Assembly (NCBI GenBank): GCA_944320385.1
Contig: CALUHH010000003.1
Location: forward strand, 14,638-78,637
Length of the DNA: 64,000 nucleotides
Source of the DNA: an uncultured Atopobiaceae bacterium
GTDB lineage: Bacteria > Actinomycetota > Coriobacteriia > Coriobacteriales > Atopobiaceae
Reading direction: 5' to 3'
Shown piece after piece: positions 52,610 to 61,891 of this stretch (the stretch's first letter is position 1; the number at the start of each line of letters is the position of its first letter). The notes beneath the pieces were generated by a model, which was not told the DNA's origin, ran no database searches, and saw only the letters and a list, made by a program, of their open reading frames with translations. The translations under genes and the position numbers were made by a program.

Positions 52610-52736
52610 CCCTGGTGCCTGATTTCCGTCAAATGTGTGAATCGGTGCCTGATTTCCGTCATATGCGTACGACGGACACGCATATGGCCGGATTCCGGCA
52701 CCAAAACACGCATATGGCGGAAATCAGGCACCAGGG
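52610..52736. repeat. 127-bp head-to-head element, 30-bp period, 2 + 2 units (family D)
   Basis: 19-bp perfect terminal IR CCCTGGTGCCTGATTTCCG / CGGAAATCAGGCACCAGGG. Forward GGTGCCTGATTTCCGTC at 52614 and 52644; reverse units start CATATGG at 52681 and 52711. Confidence 0.88.
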
Positions 52737-52767
52737 CAAACGCAGCAACCGAGAAGAACCCCGGGTC

Positions 52768-53730
52768 TCACGCAACGCCGCACACGCGGGCGATCAGCCG
52801 GACAATCTCGGTGGCCTCGTCGGCGCCGCTCTTGAGGGCGCGCTCGGCGCGGGCGCACTCCCCGAGCAGGGCCTCGAGCTCGCCGTCGGCGAAGGCGCGC
52901 GCCCAGCGCACGTAGTTTCTCACCTGCCAGTCCTGCTTCTTGAGCTCGGCGGCGACGGCATGCGCCTGCCCGCGGGCGTCGAGCGACCGCGCGCACAGCA
53001 GCTCGCGGACCCGTCCCGTCACGAGCGACAGCAGTCCCAGCGCCGACCCGTCGAGCAGGCGGTACAGCGCGAGCGCCCGGTGCGCGTCGCGCTCGGAGAG
53101 CCGGTCGAGGAACTCCCAGGGCTTGACCTCGGCCACGCGCGCGACGTTGGCCTCGACGAAGGGCGTCGTGATCGTGCCCGCCCCGCCCATCAGCGCGGCG
53201 AGCGTTGCGATCTGGGTGTCGAGCATCGTCGTGGACTCGCCGACGCGCGCCACGAGCTCGCGGGCCGCGTCCGCCGCGATCGAGACGCCGTGCGCCGCGG
53301 CGAGCTTCTGCACGTAGGGCGGCAGGTCGCGGCCCTTCTTGGCCGCGCACTCGATGACGCTGCGCGGGCCGACCTTGGCGACGGCCTTGTAGAGGCGCGT
53401 GGTCTTGGCCAGCGTTGCGGCCACGAGCGCCAGCGTGCAGCTCTCGTTGGGGTTGCCGAGGTACTCGATGATGGCCTCCGAGACCGCCTTGGGGAGCTTC
53501 TCGGCGCTCTCGATGACCACGACGCGCCGGTCGCCGCCCATGGGCAGCGTGTTGAGCGAGGCGAGCACCGACACCACGTCGGTGTCTCCGCCCGCGACGA
53601 TCTCCTCGAGGTTGAAGGCCGAGAAGGGCCCGTCCACGCGGGCGCGCAGGCGCACGAGGGCCTGCTTGCGCTTGAGCTCGTCCGGCCCCACGATGAGGTA
53701 TGCCGGCAGCAGCGCGGGCTTGTCTGCCAT
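52768..53730 (-). CDS. holA: DNA polymerase III subunit delta
   Basis: AYLIVGPDE, FNLEEI, TLPMGGDRRVVVI and ELVARVGESTTMLDTQI; sits in the conserved comEC-holA-rpsT context. Confidence 0.92.
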   Translation of the reverse strand: MADKPALLPAYLIVGPDELKRKQALVRLRARVDGPFSAFNLEEIVAGGDTDVVSVLASLNTLPMGGDRRVVVIESAEKLPKAVSEAIIEYLGNPNESCTLALVAATLAKTTRLYKAVAKVGPRSVIECAAKKGRDLPPYVQKLAAAHGVSIAADAARELVARVGESTTMLDTQIATLAALMGGAGTITTPFVEANVARVAEVKPWEFLDRLSERDAHRALALYRLLDGSALGLLSLVTGRVRELLCARSLDARGQAHAVAAELKKQDWQVRNYVRWARAFADGELEALLGECARAERALKSGADEATEIVRLIARVCGVA

Positions 53731-53748
53731 GTGAGATCCCTTCTGCGG

Positions 53749-54054
53749 CTAGAGCAGCCGCGCGTAGTCCTGCTTGGCGTGGAAGATGCGGTCGATCTCC
53801 ACCATGTCACCCGCGATGCGGTAGAGCGCGACGTAGCTCGCAAATCCGGCCCTGCGGTAGCCGGCCTCCGCCGCGCGCCCGTCCGCCGCGTTCGGGTACA
53901 TCTCCGGCATGCGGGAGAGGTTCTCGACGAGGTGGTCGAGGCCTGCGAGGATGCGCTGCGCGCCGCGCGGGTTCTCCCGCTCGTAAAGCAGGTAGGCGAC
54001 TATCCGCTCCTTGTCTCGTTCGGCTGTCCTGGTGTAGATGACGTCATAGGCCAT
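53749..54054 (-). CDS. Type II toxin, RelE/ParE superfamily
   Basis: YDVIYTRTAERD...LSRMPEMYP...GYRRAGFASYVALYRI...VEIDRIFHAKQDY; overlaps the upstream antitoxin. Confidence 0.88.
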   Translation of the reverse strand: MAYDVIYTRTAERDKERIVAYLLYERENPRGAQRILAGLDHLVENLSRMPEMYPNAADGRAAEAGYRRAGFASYVALYRIAGDMVEIDRIFHAKQDYARLL

Positions 54055-54313
54055 AGCGCTCACGCGTCCTTCTGTTGGACTCGCGGGCATCGACCACGCG
54101 CCCCGCACGGGAGTCCTCCTCCGCCTCCTCGATGAGCCGGTAGAGCTCGGCGCGGGCGCGCTCCATGCGCAGCGAGTCGAGCAGCTCGATCGACATCGCG
54201 GCGAAGGCCTCGCGGCCGTTGCGCGTCACGATGACGGGCTCGGGCGACTCCTCGACGATCCGCGCGAACTCAGTCGTGTTCTTGATCTCCTTGATGGGTA
54301 TGCATCTGGGCAT
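54044..54313 (-). CDS. Type II antitoxin, Phd/YefM family
   Basis: IPIKEIKNTTEFARIVEESPEPVIVTRNGREAFAAMS (Phd N-terminal fold), acidic C-terminus. Confidence 0.9.
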   Translation of the reverse strand: MPRCIPIKEIKNTTEFARIVEESPEPVIVTRNGREAFAAMSIELLDSLRMERARAELYRLIEEAEEDSRAGRVVDARESNRRTRERYGL

Positions 54314-54327
54314 TTCACACCCCCTTT

Positions 54328-54356
54328 GGGCCATAATCATGGCCCCCAGTGTAGCA
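54328..54356 (-). promoter_or_regulatory. TA operon promoter (extended -10) and operator palindrome
   Basis: TG-C-TACACT (-10 at 54353-54348) immediately followed by GGGCCAT-N4-ATGGCCC (54328-54345). Confidence 0.65.
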
Positions 54357-54378
54357 GATGCGGCGCTCATGGCTCCCC

Positions 54379-56691
54379 TCATTTCTGACAGCTCACCACG
54401 GGGCCCAGCGCCCCGGGCTCAACCGTGACGTCGCCGGCCCAGATCGTGCAGAGAAAGACCGAGCCGGCGCCCTCCAGGACCTCCACGCACGCGGGGTCGG
54501 GGTGCCCGTAGGAGTTGCCCTCCCCCGCGCTCGCGACGCTCACCTCCGGGGCCAGCGCCGCAGCCGTCTGCGCGTCGAGCGAGACGGCGGAGCCGTGGTG
54601 GCCCACCTTGAGGAAGTCGACGTCGCCCACGTCGCCGCGCGCAACCGCGGCGGAGGTCTCCTCGACCTCGGCGTCGGCGGCGAGGAGCCCCGTGAGCGCG
54701 CGCCCACCGTCGTCGAAGGACAGCAGCAGCTCGAGCGACCCCTCGTTGCCCTCGCCGCCCGCGGGCTCGACCGGCGACACCACGGTGAGCGAGAAGCGCC
54801 CTACGCCCAGGGCGTCACCGTAGCCGACCTCCTCGACCGAGCACCCGTCCGGGAGCTCGGAGACGTCCGTGTCCTCCGGGACGACGACGCGCCCCACGGG
54901 CACCGCGGCGAGCACGTCGGCGAGGCCGCCGGCATGGTCGGCGTGAAGGTGCGTGAGGACCACGGCGTCGAGGTGAAAGACGCTCGCGCGCGCAAGGGCG
55001 CGGACCACGGCGTCGCCCGGCCCCGTGTCCACCAGGACCGCCGCGGCGCCGTCCGTTACCAGGATCGCGTCGCCCTGGCCCACGTCCAGCACCACGACGC
55101 GCGCCGGCGCAAGGAGGCGCCACCTCCCCACCCACAGGAGCGCGGCGCAGGTCAGGGCCGCGACGGCGCCGGCGACCGCCCGGCGCGAGACCCGCGGCCA
55201 CCACAGCAGCACCAGACCGAGAAGCGCGGCGAGGACGAGCAGCGCCGGGCCCTCCTCGACGCTCACCGGGACGCACGCAAGAGGGAGCTCGGCCAAAAGC
55301 CGCAGAAGCGCCATGAGCGCCCCGCCCACGACGTCGCACGCGAGCAGCGCCGCGGCCTGGAGCGGCGGTACCCAGACCAGCGCCGCGGCAGCCAGGCCAA
55401 AGACGAGCAGGGCCGAGAAGAGCGGCGCGAGCACCACGTTGGCGAGCGGGGCCACGAGCGAGAGCTGGGCGAACGTGGCGCAGGTGAGCGGCGCCGTCAC
55501 GAGCTGGGACACGAGGGTGAGGGCGAGCGCCTCCTCGGCGTCCGCCCTCAGGCGCGCGAGCGCGGCCCGTGCCCGGGTCCGCGCGGAAGCCGAGCGGGGC
55601 GCGACCACGCGCACGAGGTAGCGCGCATATCCACCGAGGGCGCAGATGCCGCAGACGCAGATCACCGACAGGAGGTAGCCCAGCTGACCGGTCACCCCCG
55701 GATCGGCGAGCGCCATCGCGAGCGCGGCCGCGCACGCGGCGCTGAGCGGGTGGGACCGGCGCCCGACGAGGCCCGCGAGCGCCGCGACGACCGACATCGC
55801 CCAGGCGCGCACCGCCGAGGCCGGCGCTCCGCAGAACAGGACGAACCCGCCCGTCGCGAGCAGCAGCGCCGCCGCGCGGGCCCCGGCGGGCAGGCGCGTC
55901 CGCGCGAGCAGCCGCGCGCCGAGCGCGGCCACGAGGACGAGGTGGCCGCCGGAAACGGCCACGAGGTGCGACACCCCGCAGGCGGCGAAGACGTCGTCGA
56001 GCCCGCGCTCGGCCATCGCCGCCGTGGAGCCGCAGATGGTACCCGCGAGCAGCGCGCGGGCGTCGGAGGAGCCCGCGTCGAGGCTGGCGAGCACGGCGGA
56101 GCGCAGCGCCACCACGGCACCGTACGGCCCGGCCGCCGCCCGCCGCTCGAGAACGCGCACGACGCGCACGGTCCCGGCGAGCCCCTGGGCGCGCGACGAG
56201 GCCCCCCAGTCGTCCCCCTCGTTTGCCGAGAAGCGCCCCACGCAGCGCAGCGTCTCCCCCATCCCGAGCCGCTCGTCGGCGACCAGCCACACGCTCCCGG
56301 CCGTCCCGTTCACGCGCGCCCTGCCGCGCCAGCCCGAGGCGCCCTCGGACATGTCACCCTCGAGGACGAGCTCCCAGGAGGACACGGGGCTTTCCGAGAG
56401 CGCGCCGACGAGCGCCGCCTGTCCCGCGAGCTCGCGGGCGCAGGAGAGCCCCGCGCAGCTCGCGGCGGCCACGACAACGAGCGCCGCGGCGGCGGCCGGG
56501 CGCGCCCGCGTGCGCAGCAGGCAGAGAAGGGCGGCGCAGCCGGCAAGTCCCGCGACGACGGAGCCGCCCGCGAGCGCGCCCGCGTCCGGCGCCGACCGCA
56601 GCCCCGCGCGCGCGACGGCAAGCGCGGCGACGAGCGCCCACAGCAAGGGAGGAAGCAGCGGGCGGTCGGGCCGCGCGACTTCCTCAGACAC
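54379..56691 (-). CDS. comEC: Competence channel ComEC/Rec2 with metallo-beta-lactamase domain
   Basis: HLVAVSGGHL, PASAVRA, GYLLS, VLDVGQGDAIL, LTHLHADH, LKVGHHGS and SAGEGNSYGHP motifs. Confidence 0.95.
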   Translation of the reverse strand: MSEEVARPDRPLLPPLLWALVAALAVARAGLRSAPDAGALAGGSVVAGLAGCAALLCLLRTRARPAAAAALVVVAAASCAGLSCARELAGQAALVGALSESPVSSWELVLEGDMSEGASGWRGRARVNGTAGSVWLVADERLGMGETLRCVGRFSANEGDDWGASSRAQGLAGTVRVVRVLERRAAAGPYGAVVALRSAVLASLDAGSSDARALLAGTICGSTAAMAERGLDDVFAACGVSHLVAVSGGHLVLVAALGARLLARTRLPAGARAAALLLATGGFVLFCGAPASAVRAWAMSVVAALAGLVGRRSHPLSAACAAALAMALADPGVTGQLGYLLSVICVCGICALGGYARYLVRVVAPRSASARTRARAALARLRADAEEALALTLVSQLVTAPLTCATFAQLSLVAPLANVVLAPLFSALLVFGLAAAALVWVPPLQAAALLACDVVGGALMALLRLLAELPLACVPVSVEEGPALLVLAALLGLVLLWWPRVSRRAVAGAVAALTCAALLWVGRWRLLAPARVVVLDVGQGDAILVTDGAAAVLVDTGPGDAVVRALARASVFHLDAVVLTHLHADHAGGLADVLAAVPVGRVVVPEDTDVSELPDGCSVEEVGYGDALGVGRFSLTVVSPVEPAGGEGNEGSLELLLSFDDGGRALTGLLAADAEVEETSAAVARGDVGDVDFLKVGHHGSAVSLDAQTAAALAPEVSVASAGEGNSYGHPDPACVEVLEGAGSVFLCTIWAGDVTVEPGALGPVVSCQK

Positions 56692-57394
56692 AGATGAGCC
56701 CCTGGAGCCGCTCGAACTTCTTCTCGCCGATGCCGGAGACCCGCATGAGGTCCTCGGGCGTCGAGAAGGGCCCGTTCTGCTCGCGGTCCTCCACGATGGC
56801 GCGCGCCGTGGCCTCCCCCACGCCCGGAAGCTCGTCGAGCTCCTCGACGCCCGCGGTGTTGATGTTCACCGGGCCGCCCGTCCCCTCCTGCGCGCCGTCG
56901 CCCGACGCCGCCGGCGCGGACGCCTCCCCCTCGCGGGGCACGTGGACCTTCTCCCCGTCCGCGACCGGCGCGGCGAGGTTGACGCTCGAGGTGTCGGCCC
57001 CCTCGACGAGCCCGCCCGCCGCCGCGACCGCGTCGTTCGCGCGCGCCCCCTCGGGAAGCACGTAGACCCCGGGCGCGGCGACCGCGCCGTCCACGTGCAC
57101 GCAGACCGTCGCGGGCTCGTCCGCGGTGTCGCGCTGCGAGGCGCCCTCGTCCGCCCGCGACCCGTCGTCCTTCTCGCCCTCCTCGTCCTTCTCGTAATCC
57201 CCGTCCTTCGCGGGCTCTGGCTGCGCCGGCTCCTCCCGCGCCGCCCGCTCGATCGTCACGGGGCCCACGCCGAGCCCGCCCGCCAGCGTCGCGCCCGCAA
57301 GCAGCGCGCACGCCGCCAGCGCCGCCATGACCCCGCACGCCAGGCCGTAGCGGCCCGCGAGCCGTCGCCGCGCTCCCCCTCGCTCCTGTGCCAT
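56684..57394 (-). CDS. comEA: Competence DNA receptor ComEA (SLBB + HhH)
   Basis: N-terminal TM, VHVDGAVAAPGVY, VNLAAPVADGEKVHVP, VNINTAGVEELDELPGVG and VSGIGEKKF. Confidence 0.95.
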   Translation of the reverse strand: MAQERGGARRRLAGRYGLACGVMAALAACALLAGATLAGGLGVGPVTIERAAREEPAQPEPAKDGDYEKDEEGEKDDGSRADEGASQRDTADEPATVCVHVDGAVAAPGVYVLPEGARANDAVAAAGGLVEGADTSSVNLAAPVADGEKVHVPREGEASAPAASGDGAQEGTGGPVNINTAGVEELDELPGVGEATARAIVEDREQNGPFSTPEDLMRVSGIGEKKFERLQGLICV

Positions 57395-57581
57395 GCGACC
57401 ACCTCCTCGCCCCAGCATGGCGCGAGGGCGGCGCGAGCGGGCGCAGACCGGGCAGAAACCGCGTGCGCGAAGCTGCAACCGAGCTATGGATTGACCCAAC
57501 AAAACGTGCGCCGCCCCAGGTGAGCCGGGACGGCGCATGATAAAAACTGAACTATGTCCGCGCCGCTCGCGGCGCGGGGCC

Positions 57582-58829
57582 CTACCGCTCGCAGCCCGAG
57601 GCCGCGCAGAGCTCGCGATGATGCTCGCGCAGCCGGCCCTTGGGGGCGTGGTAGGACGGGCACTGCGGGAAGTCGCGCCACTCGACGTGCTCCACGAGGT
57701 CCGCGACCATGCCCTCGTGGTCGAAGCTCTCCCAGGCCCCGAGCACCTCGCGCAGGCGCGCGTGGGTCTCGGGGCGGCGCGGCATGAAGAGGGTGCAGCA
57801 GTCCGGCGCCGTCTCGCAGCAGATGTCGTAGGTCCCGATCTGGTGGGCGCGGGCGATGATCTCCTGCTTGTCGGAGCCGATGAGCGGGCGCAGCACCGGC
57901 ATCGTCACGGCCTCGTTGACGGCGGCGATGTTCTCCAGCGTCTGCGAGGCAACCTGACCGAGCGACTCGCCCGTGACGAGGGCCTTGGCGCCCTCGAGCT
58001 GGGCGATGCGCTCGGCCACCTGCAGCATGACGCGTCGGTACATGATGATGCGCAGGCCCTGGGGCACGGCGAGCGAGATCTCGCGCTGGCGCTCGCCGAA
58101 GGGCACCACGTAGAGGCGGCCGACCACGCCCGAGGGCGCGAGCGCCTCGACGATGTCCTGGCAGAGCCACTCGCTCGTGTCGGCGGTCATGGGGCGCCCC
58201 GAGAAGTGCACGGGCACGCAGATCGCGCCGCGGCGGCCCACCATCCAGGTGGAGACCGGCGAGTCGAAGCCGCTCGAGAGCAGCGTCACGACCTTGCCGG
58301 CCGTGCCCACGGGAAGCCCGCCCACGCCGGGCGCGGAGGCCGCGTAGACGAAGGTGCTGCCCTGGACCACGTGCACGACGACGGTAACGTCGGGGGTGTG
58401 CACGTCGACCTTCTTGTCGGGGAAGGCCTCGCACAGCGCCGCGCCCACGAGCCGGTTCATGTCGAGGCTGTGCAGCTCGTAGGTGGTCGACGAGCGGCGC
58501 GCGTGGACCTTGAACGTCTCGAAGTCCCCGGCCTCGCCGAGCGCGCGGATGGCGGCGGCGCAGTACTCGCCCTCGTCGAGCCCGCACTTGTAGGCGAGGC
58601 TGACGCGCGCGACGCCGGGCACCCGGCGGATGGCCGCCGCGAGCTCCTCGCTGGCGCGGCGGTCGCTCGTCTCCACGGCGATGTGCCCCGAGATGCGGCC
58701 GATGCTCGCGACGGGGAACGCCTGCAGCGCCCGGTGGAGGTTGGTGACGAGCTGGTTCTCGAAGGTCGAGCGGTTCTTGCCCTTGAGGCCGATCTCGTGG
58801 TAGTGGACGAGGCAGAGTCTCTCGGTCAT
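57582..58829 (-). CDS. thiI: tRNA 4-thiouridine(8) synthase
   Basis: HYHEIGLKGKNRSTFE, THUMP domain, LLSSGFDSPV, TGESLGQVASQT, LRPLIG and DCC; no rhodanese domain. Confidence 0.93.
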   Translation of the reverse strand: MTERLCLVHYHEIGLKGKNRSTFENQLVTNLHRALQAFPVASIGRISGHIAVETSDRRASEELAAAIRRVPGVARVSLAYKCGLDEGEYCAAAIRALGEAGDFETFKVHARRSSTTYELHSLDMNRLVGAALCEAFPDKKVDVHTPDVTVVVHVVQGSTFVYAASAPGVGGLPVGTAGKVVTLLSSGFDSPVSTWMVGRRGAICVPVHFSGRPMTADTSEWLCQDIVEALAPSGVVGRLYVVPFGERQREISLAVPQGLRIIMYRRVMLQVAERIAQLEGAKALVTGESLGQVASQTLENIAAVNEAVTMPVLRPLIGSDKQEIIARAHQIGTYDICCETAPDCCTLFMPRRPETHARLREVLGAWESFDHEGMVADLVEHVEWRDFPQCPSYHAPKGRLREHHRELCAASGCER

Positions 58830-58835
58830 GCGCGC

Positions 58836-59120
58836 CTACAGGACGATCGTGTTGGCGCCCCGGATGTCCTCGTCAAAGTCCTCCTTGACGAAGCTCAGGG
58901 TGTCGTCCTCGATCTCCTGCATGGCGATGGACACCGGGTCCTTGCCGGACGCCACGGTGGTGATGTCGTCGAAGTCCTGGATCGCCGTCACGCGCAGGTG
59001 CTGGCCGCGGACCATGTTGTTGATGTCGCAGGCGCGCTTGGACGCGATCGAGCAGAGCAGGAAGGGGTTGTGCTCGGTCTTGTTGAGCAGGGTGTCAATC
59101 TCGGGCTTGATCACAGACAT
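58836..59120 (-). CDS. rpoZ: RNA polymerase omega subunit
   Basis: PEIDTLL...NPFLLCSIASKRA...KDPVSIAMQEI; downstream of gmk. Confidence 0.82.
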   Translation of the reverse strand: MSVIKPEIDTLLNKTEHNPFLLCSIASKRACDINNMVRGQHLRVTAIQDFDDITTVASGKDPVSIAMQEIEDDTLSFVKEDFDEDIRGANTIVL

Positions 59121-59700
59121 CTTCCGTGAGACCTCCGTTGTTCTCGTACTTCTCGATCACGCGCATGAGCTCTTCGCAGGCGCGCTCGAGGTCGTCGTTT
59201 ACGATGCGCACGTCATAGCGGGGCGCGCAGGCCATCTCCTCGCGGGCGCCGGCGAGACGGCGCTCGATGGACGCCTCGTCCTCGGTGCCGCGCCCGCGCA
59301 GGCGCCGCTCGAGCTCCTCGGCGCTGGGCGGCTCGATGAAAACGAGCACGGCGTCACTCTGGGCCTCGCGCACGTTGAGGCCGCCCTGCACGTCGATCTC
59401 CAGCACGACGGAGCGACCCTGCCCCGTGACGCGCCGGACCTCGTCGCGCAGCGTGCCGTAGCGGTGCCCGTGGACCCACGCCCACTCGAGGAAGTCGCCC
59501 GCCGCGACGCGACGGTCGAACTCGTCCTCCGTGAGGAAGTAGTAGGCGACGCCGTCCTTCTCGCCCGGTCGTGGCTCTCGTGTAGTCGCAGAGACCGTCA
59601 GGCCCAGGCGAGGAAGGCGCTCTCGCAGCAGTGCGACGAGCGTCCCCTTGCCCACGCCTGACGGCCCAGAGACGACAAAGAGCCGAGCTCTCTGCTCCAA
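59095..59700 (-). CDS. gmk: Guanylate kinase
   Basis: VSGPSGVGKGT, SATTREPRPGEKDG, YGT, LEIDVQG, FIEPPS and LRGRGTE. Confidence 0.97.
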   Translation of the reverse strand: MEQRARLFVVSGPSGVGKGTLVALLRERLPRLGLTVSATTREPRPGEKDGVAYYFLTEDEFDRRVAAGDFLEWAWVHGHRYGTLRDEVRRVTGQGRSVVLEIDVQGGLNVREAQSDAVLVFIEPPSAEELERRLRGRGTEDEASIERRLAGAREEMACAPRYDVRIVNDDLERACEELMRVIEKYENNGGLTEDVCDQARD

Positions 59701-59701
59701 C

Positions 59702-60010
59702 TTACTTGGAGAGAGCCTCGACCAGCTGCTCGCGCTGACGAGCGCCGAGGCCCTTGACGCGACGGGTGGCGGAGATGCCGAGCTCGTCCATGATCTTGGC
59801 GGCCTTGGCCTTGCCGTAGCCGGGGAGGGACTCGATGAGGGCGGAGACCTTCATGCGGCTGGCGATGGGGTCGTCGGAGTCGAGGACGTCCTCGAGGGCG
59901 ACCTTGCCGCTCTTGATCTTCTCGCGCAGCTCGGCGCGCTCGTGGCGGGCCTGGGCGGCCTTCTCGAGGGCGGCCTTGCGCTGCTCGTCAGTAAGCTGGG
60001 GTAGAGCCAT
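59702..60010 (-). CDS. mihF: Actinobacterial integration host factor (mIHF)
   Basis: MALPQLTDEQRKAALEKA...MKVSALIESLPGYGKAKA...RRVKGLG; pyrF-mihF-gmk-rpoZ synteny. Confidence 0.92.
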   Translation of the reverse strand: MALPQLTDEQRKAALEKAAQARHERAELREKIKSGKVALEDVLDSDDPIASRMKVSALIESLPGYGKAKAAKIMDELGISATRRVKGLGARQREQLVEALSK

Positions 60011-60230
60011 GTGTTCCTCCAATTCGCGTTCCTTTAAGCCGTCGAGCCGGACCGGCGGCTTCGCAACAATCAAGTTTGCCCATTCACCTGAGGTTTTGCA
60101 AGCCCTCTTCACCAAAGGTGCAGCTCAGGGGCAATCCTTCACAAAACGTGCCGGCTGAGGTGCGGCGACGCGACGTTTTACGGGTCCAAACCGTCCATCT
60201 GCCGCACCTCAACGGAGTAGGCCGCCGGGC

Positions 60231-60953
60231 CTAGGCCATGAGCTCGGCGAGAATCGCGTCGAAGGCGGCCACCGGGTCGTCGGCTCCCGTGATCGGGCGG
60301 CCGATGACCAGCTTGGACGCGCCGGCGGCCACCGCGGCGGCGGGGGTGGCGATGCGCTTCTGGTCGCCCACCTCGGCACCAGCCGGGCGCACGCCCGGGG
60401 TCACGATAAGAGCGTCGGGGCCGAGAAGGGCGCGCATCTCCGCAGCCTCCTGCGGAGAGCAGACGATGCCGTCGGCGCCCGCGCCGTAGGCGAGGCTCGC
60501 CAGGCGCGCGACCTCCTCGGCGACCGGCGACTCCACGCCGATCTCGGAAAGCGCCGCCTGGTCCATGCTCGTGAGGACGGAGATGGCCACGAGGCGGGTA
60601 CGGTCCCCGCCGCGCTTCTCGGCGGCCTCCTCGGCACCCTTGCGGGCGGCGGCGATCATGGCAGACGAGCCCAGGCCGTGGATCGAGAGGATGTCGGCGC
60701 CGGTGAGCGACGCGGCGCGGACGGCGCCCTGCACCTGGAACGGGATGTCGTGGACCTTGAGGTCAAGAAAGACGCGCAGCCCGCGCTCGCGCATGGCGTC
60801 CACGATCGAGGGCCCCTCGGCGTAGAAGAGCGTCATGCCGACCTTGACCCACGTGGCCTTGCCCGCGAGAAGGTCGGCGAGCTCGAAGGCGCGCTCGCGG
60901 GAGCAGTCCAGCGCGATGATGACCTTGTCGCTCGCCTGTTCGTACGTCAGCAT
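60231..60953 (-). CDS. pyrF: Orotidine-5'-phosphate decarboxylase
   Basis: IIALD, WVKVG, FLDLKVHDIP, VTPGVRP and LVIGRPIT. Confidence 0.96.
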   Translation of the reverse strand: MLTYEQASDKVIIALDCSRERAFELADLLAGKATWVKVGMTLFYAEGPSIVDAMRERGLRVFLDLKVHDIPFQVQGAVRAASLTGADILSIHGLGSSAMIAAARKGAEEAAEKRGGDRTRLVAISVLTSMDQAALSEIGVESPVAEEVARLASLAYGAGADGIVCSPQEAAEMRALLGPDALIVTPGVRPAGAEVGDQKRIATPAAAVAAGASKLVIGRPITGADDPVAAFDAILAELMA

Positions 60954-61891
60954 TCGAAGGCTCCAATCAGCTCGTTGATGTCAGAGACGCCCTGCTCGGC
61001 GGCCCAGGAGGCAAGGCCGTCCACGATGTCTGCCGCACAGGTAGGGTCATAGAAGTTGGCGGTGCCCACCGTGACCGAGGTGGCGCCGGCGAGGATCATC
61101 TCGGCGGCATCCTGCCAGCTCGCCACGCCGCCCATGCCGTTGATTGGGATGCTCACGGCCTGCGCCGCCTCCCAGACCATGCGCACGGCGATGGCGTGGA
61201 TGGCGGGGCCGGAGACGCCACCCGTGGGCTTGGAGAGGCGGCTTCTGCGCGTGCGCACGTCGATGGACATGCCGTTGATCGTGTTGATCAGCGAGAGGGC
61301 GTCGGCGCCCTCGGCCTCGCAGGCGCGCGCGATCTCGGGCACGCGCACGGGCGCCATCTTCACGAGCAGCGGCCGGTGAACGCGCGGGCGCACCGCCCGC
61401 ACGACCTCGGAGGCGCTCTCGGGCGTGCCGCCCACGAGGGCGCCGCCGCGGGCGATGTTGGGGCAGGAGATGTTCATCTCCACGCCGCTCGCCCAGGGGC
61501 AGAGCTCCTCGATGAGCTCGACGGCGGCGACGTACTCCTCCACGGAGTGGCCGGCCGCCTGCACGATCACGCGGCAGCCGCGGCGCTCGAGGCCGGCGAG
61601 GTACTCCCCGTATTGCTCGACCATGCCGCGCACGCCGGGATTGGCAAGGCCCACGGTGTTCATCATGCCGGAGGGCACCTCGCACATACGCGGCGCGGGG
61701 TTTCCGGGCCACGGCTCGGCCGAGCAGCCCTTGAGCGTGATCGCGCCGAGGCGCGCCACGTCGAAGAAGTCCTCGAAGACCGAGCCGAAGGCGAAGGTGC
61801 CCGAGGCGGTGTTGACGGGGTTTTGCATGCGCACGCCGCCGAGGTCGACGGCCATGCTCACGCTGCTCTCGGCCATGCTCTTGTCGGCCAT
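60947..61891 (-). CDS. pyrD: Dihydroorotate dehydrogenase B, catalytic subunit
   Basis: NPVNTASGT, MMNTVGLANPG, EMNISCPN, LINTING and GMGGV motifs. Confidence 0.95.
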   Translation of the reverse strand: MADKSMAESSVSMAVDLGGVRMQNPVNTASGTFAFGSVFEDFFDVARLGAITLKGCSAEPWPGNPAPRMCEVPSGMMNTVGLANPGVRGMVEQYGEYLAGLERRGCRVIVQAAGHSVEEYVAAVELIEELCPWASGVEMNISCPNIARGGALVGGTPESASEVVRAVRPRVHRPLLVKMAPVRVPEIARACEAEGADALSLINTINGMSIDVRTRRSRLSKPTGGVSGPAIHAIAVRMVWEAAQAVSIPINGMGGVASWQDAAEMILAGATSVTVGTANFYDPTCAADIVDGLASWAAEQGVSDINELIGAFEC

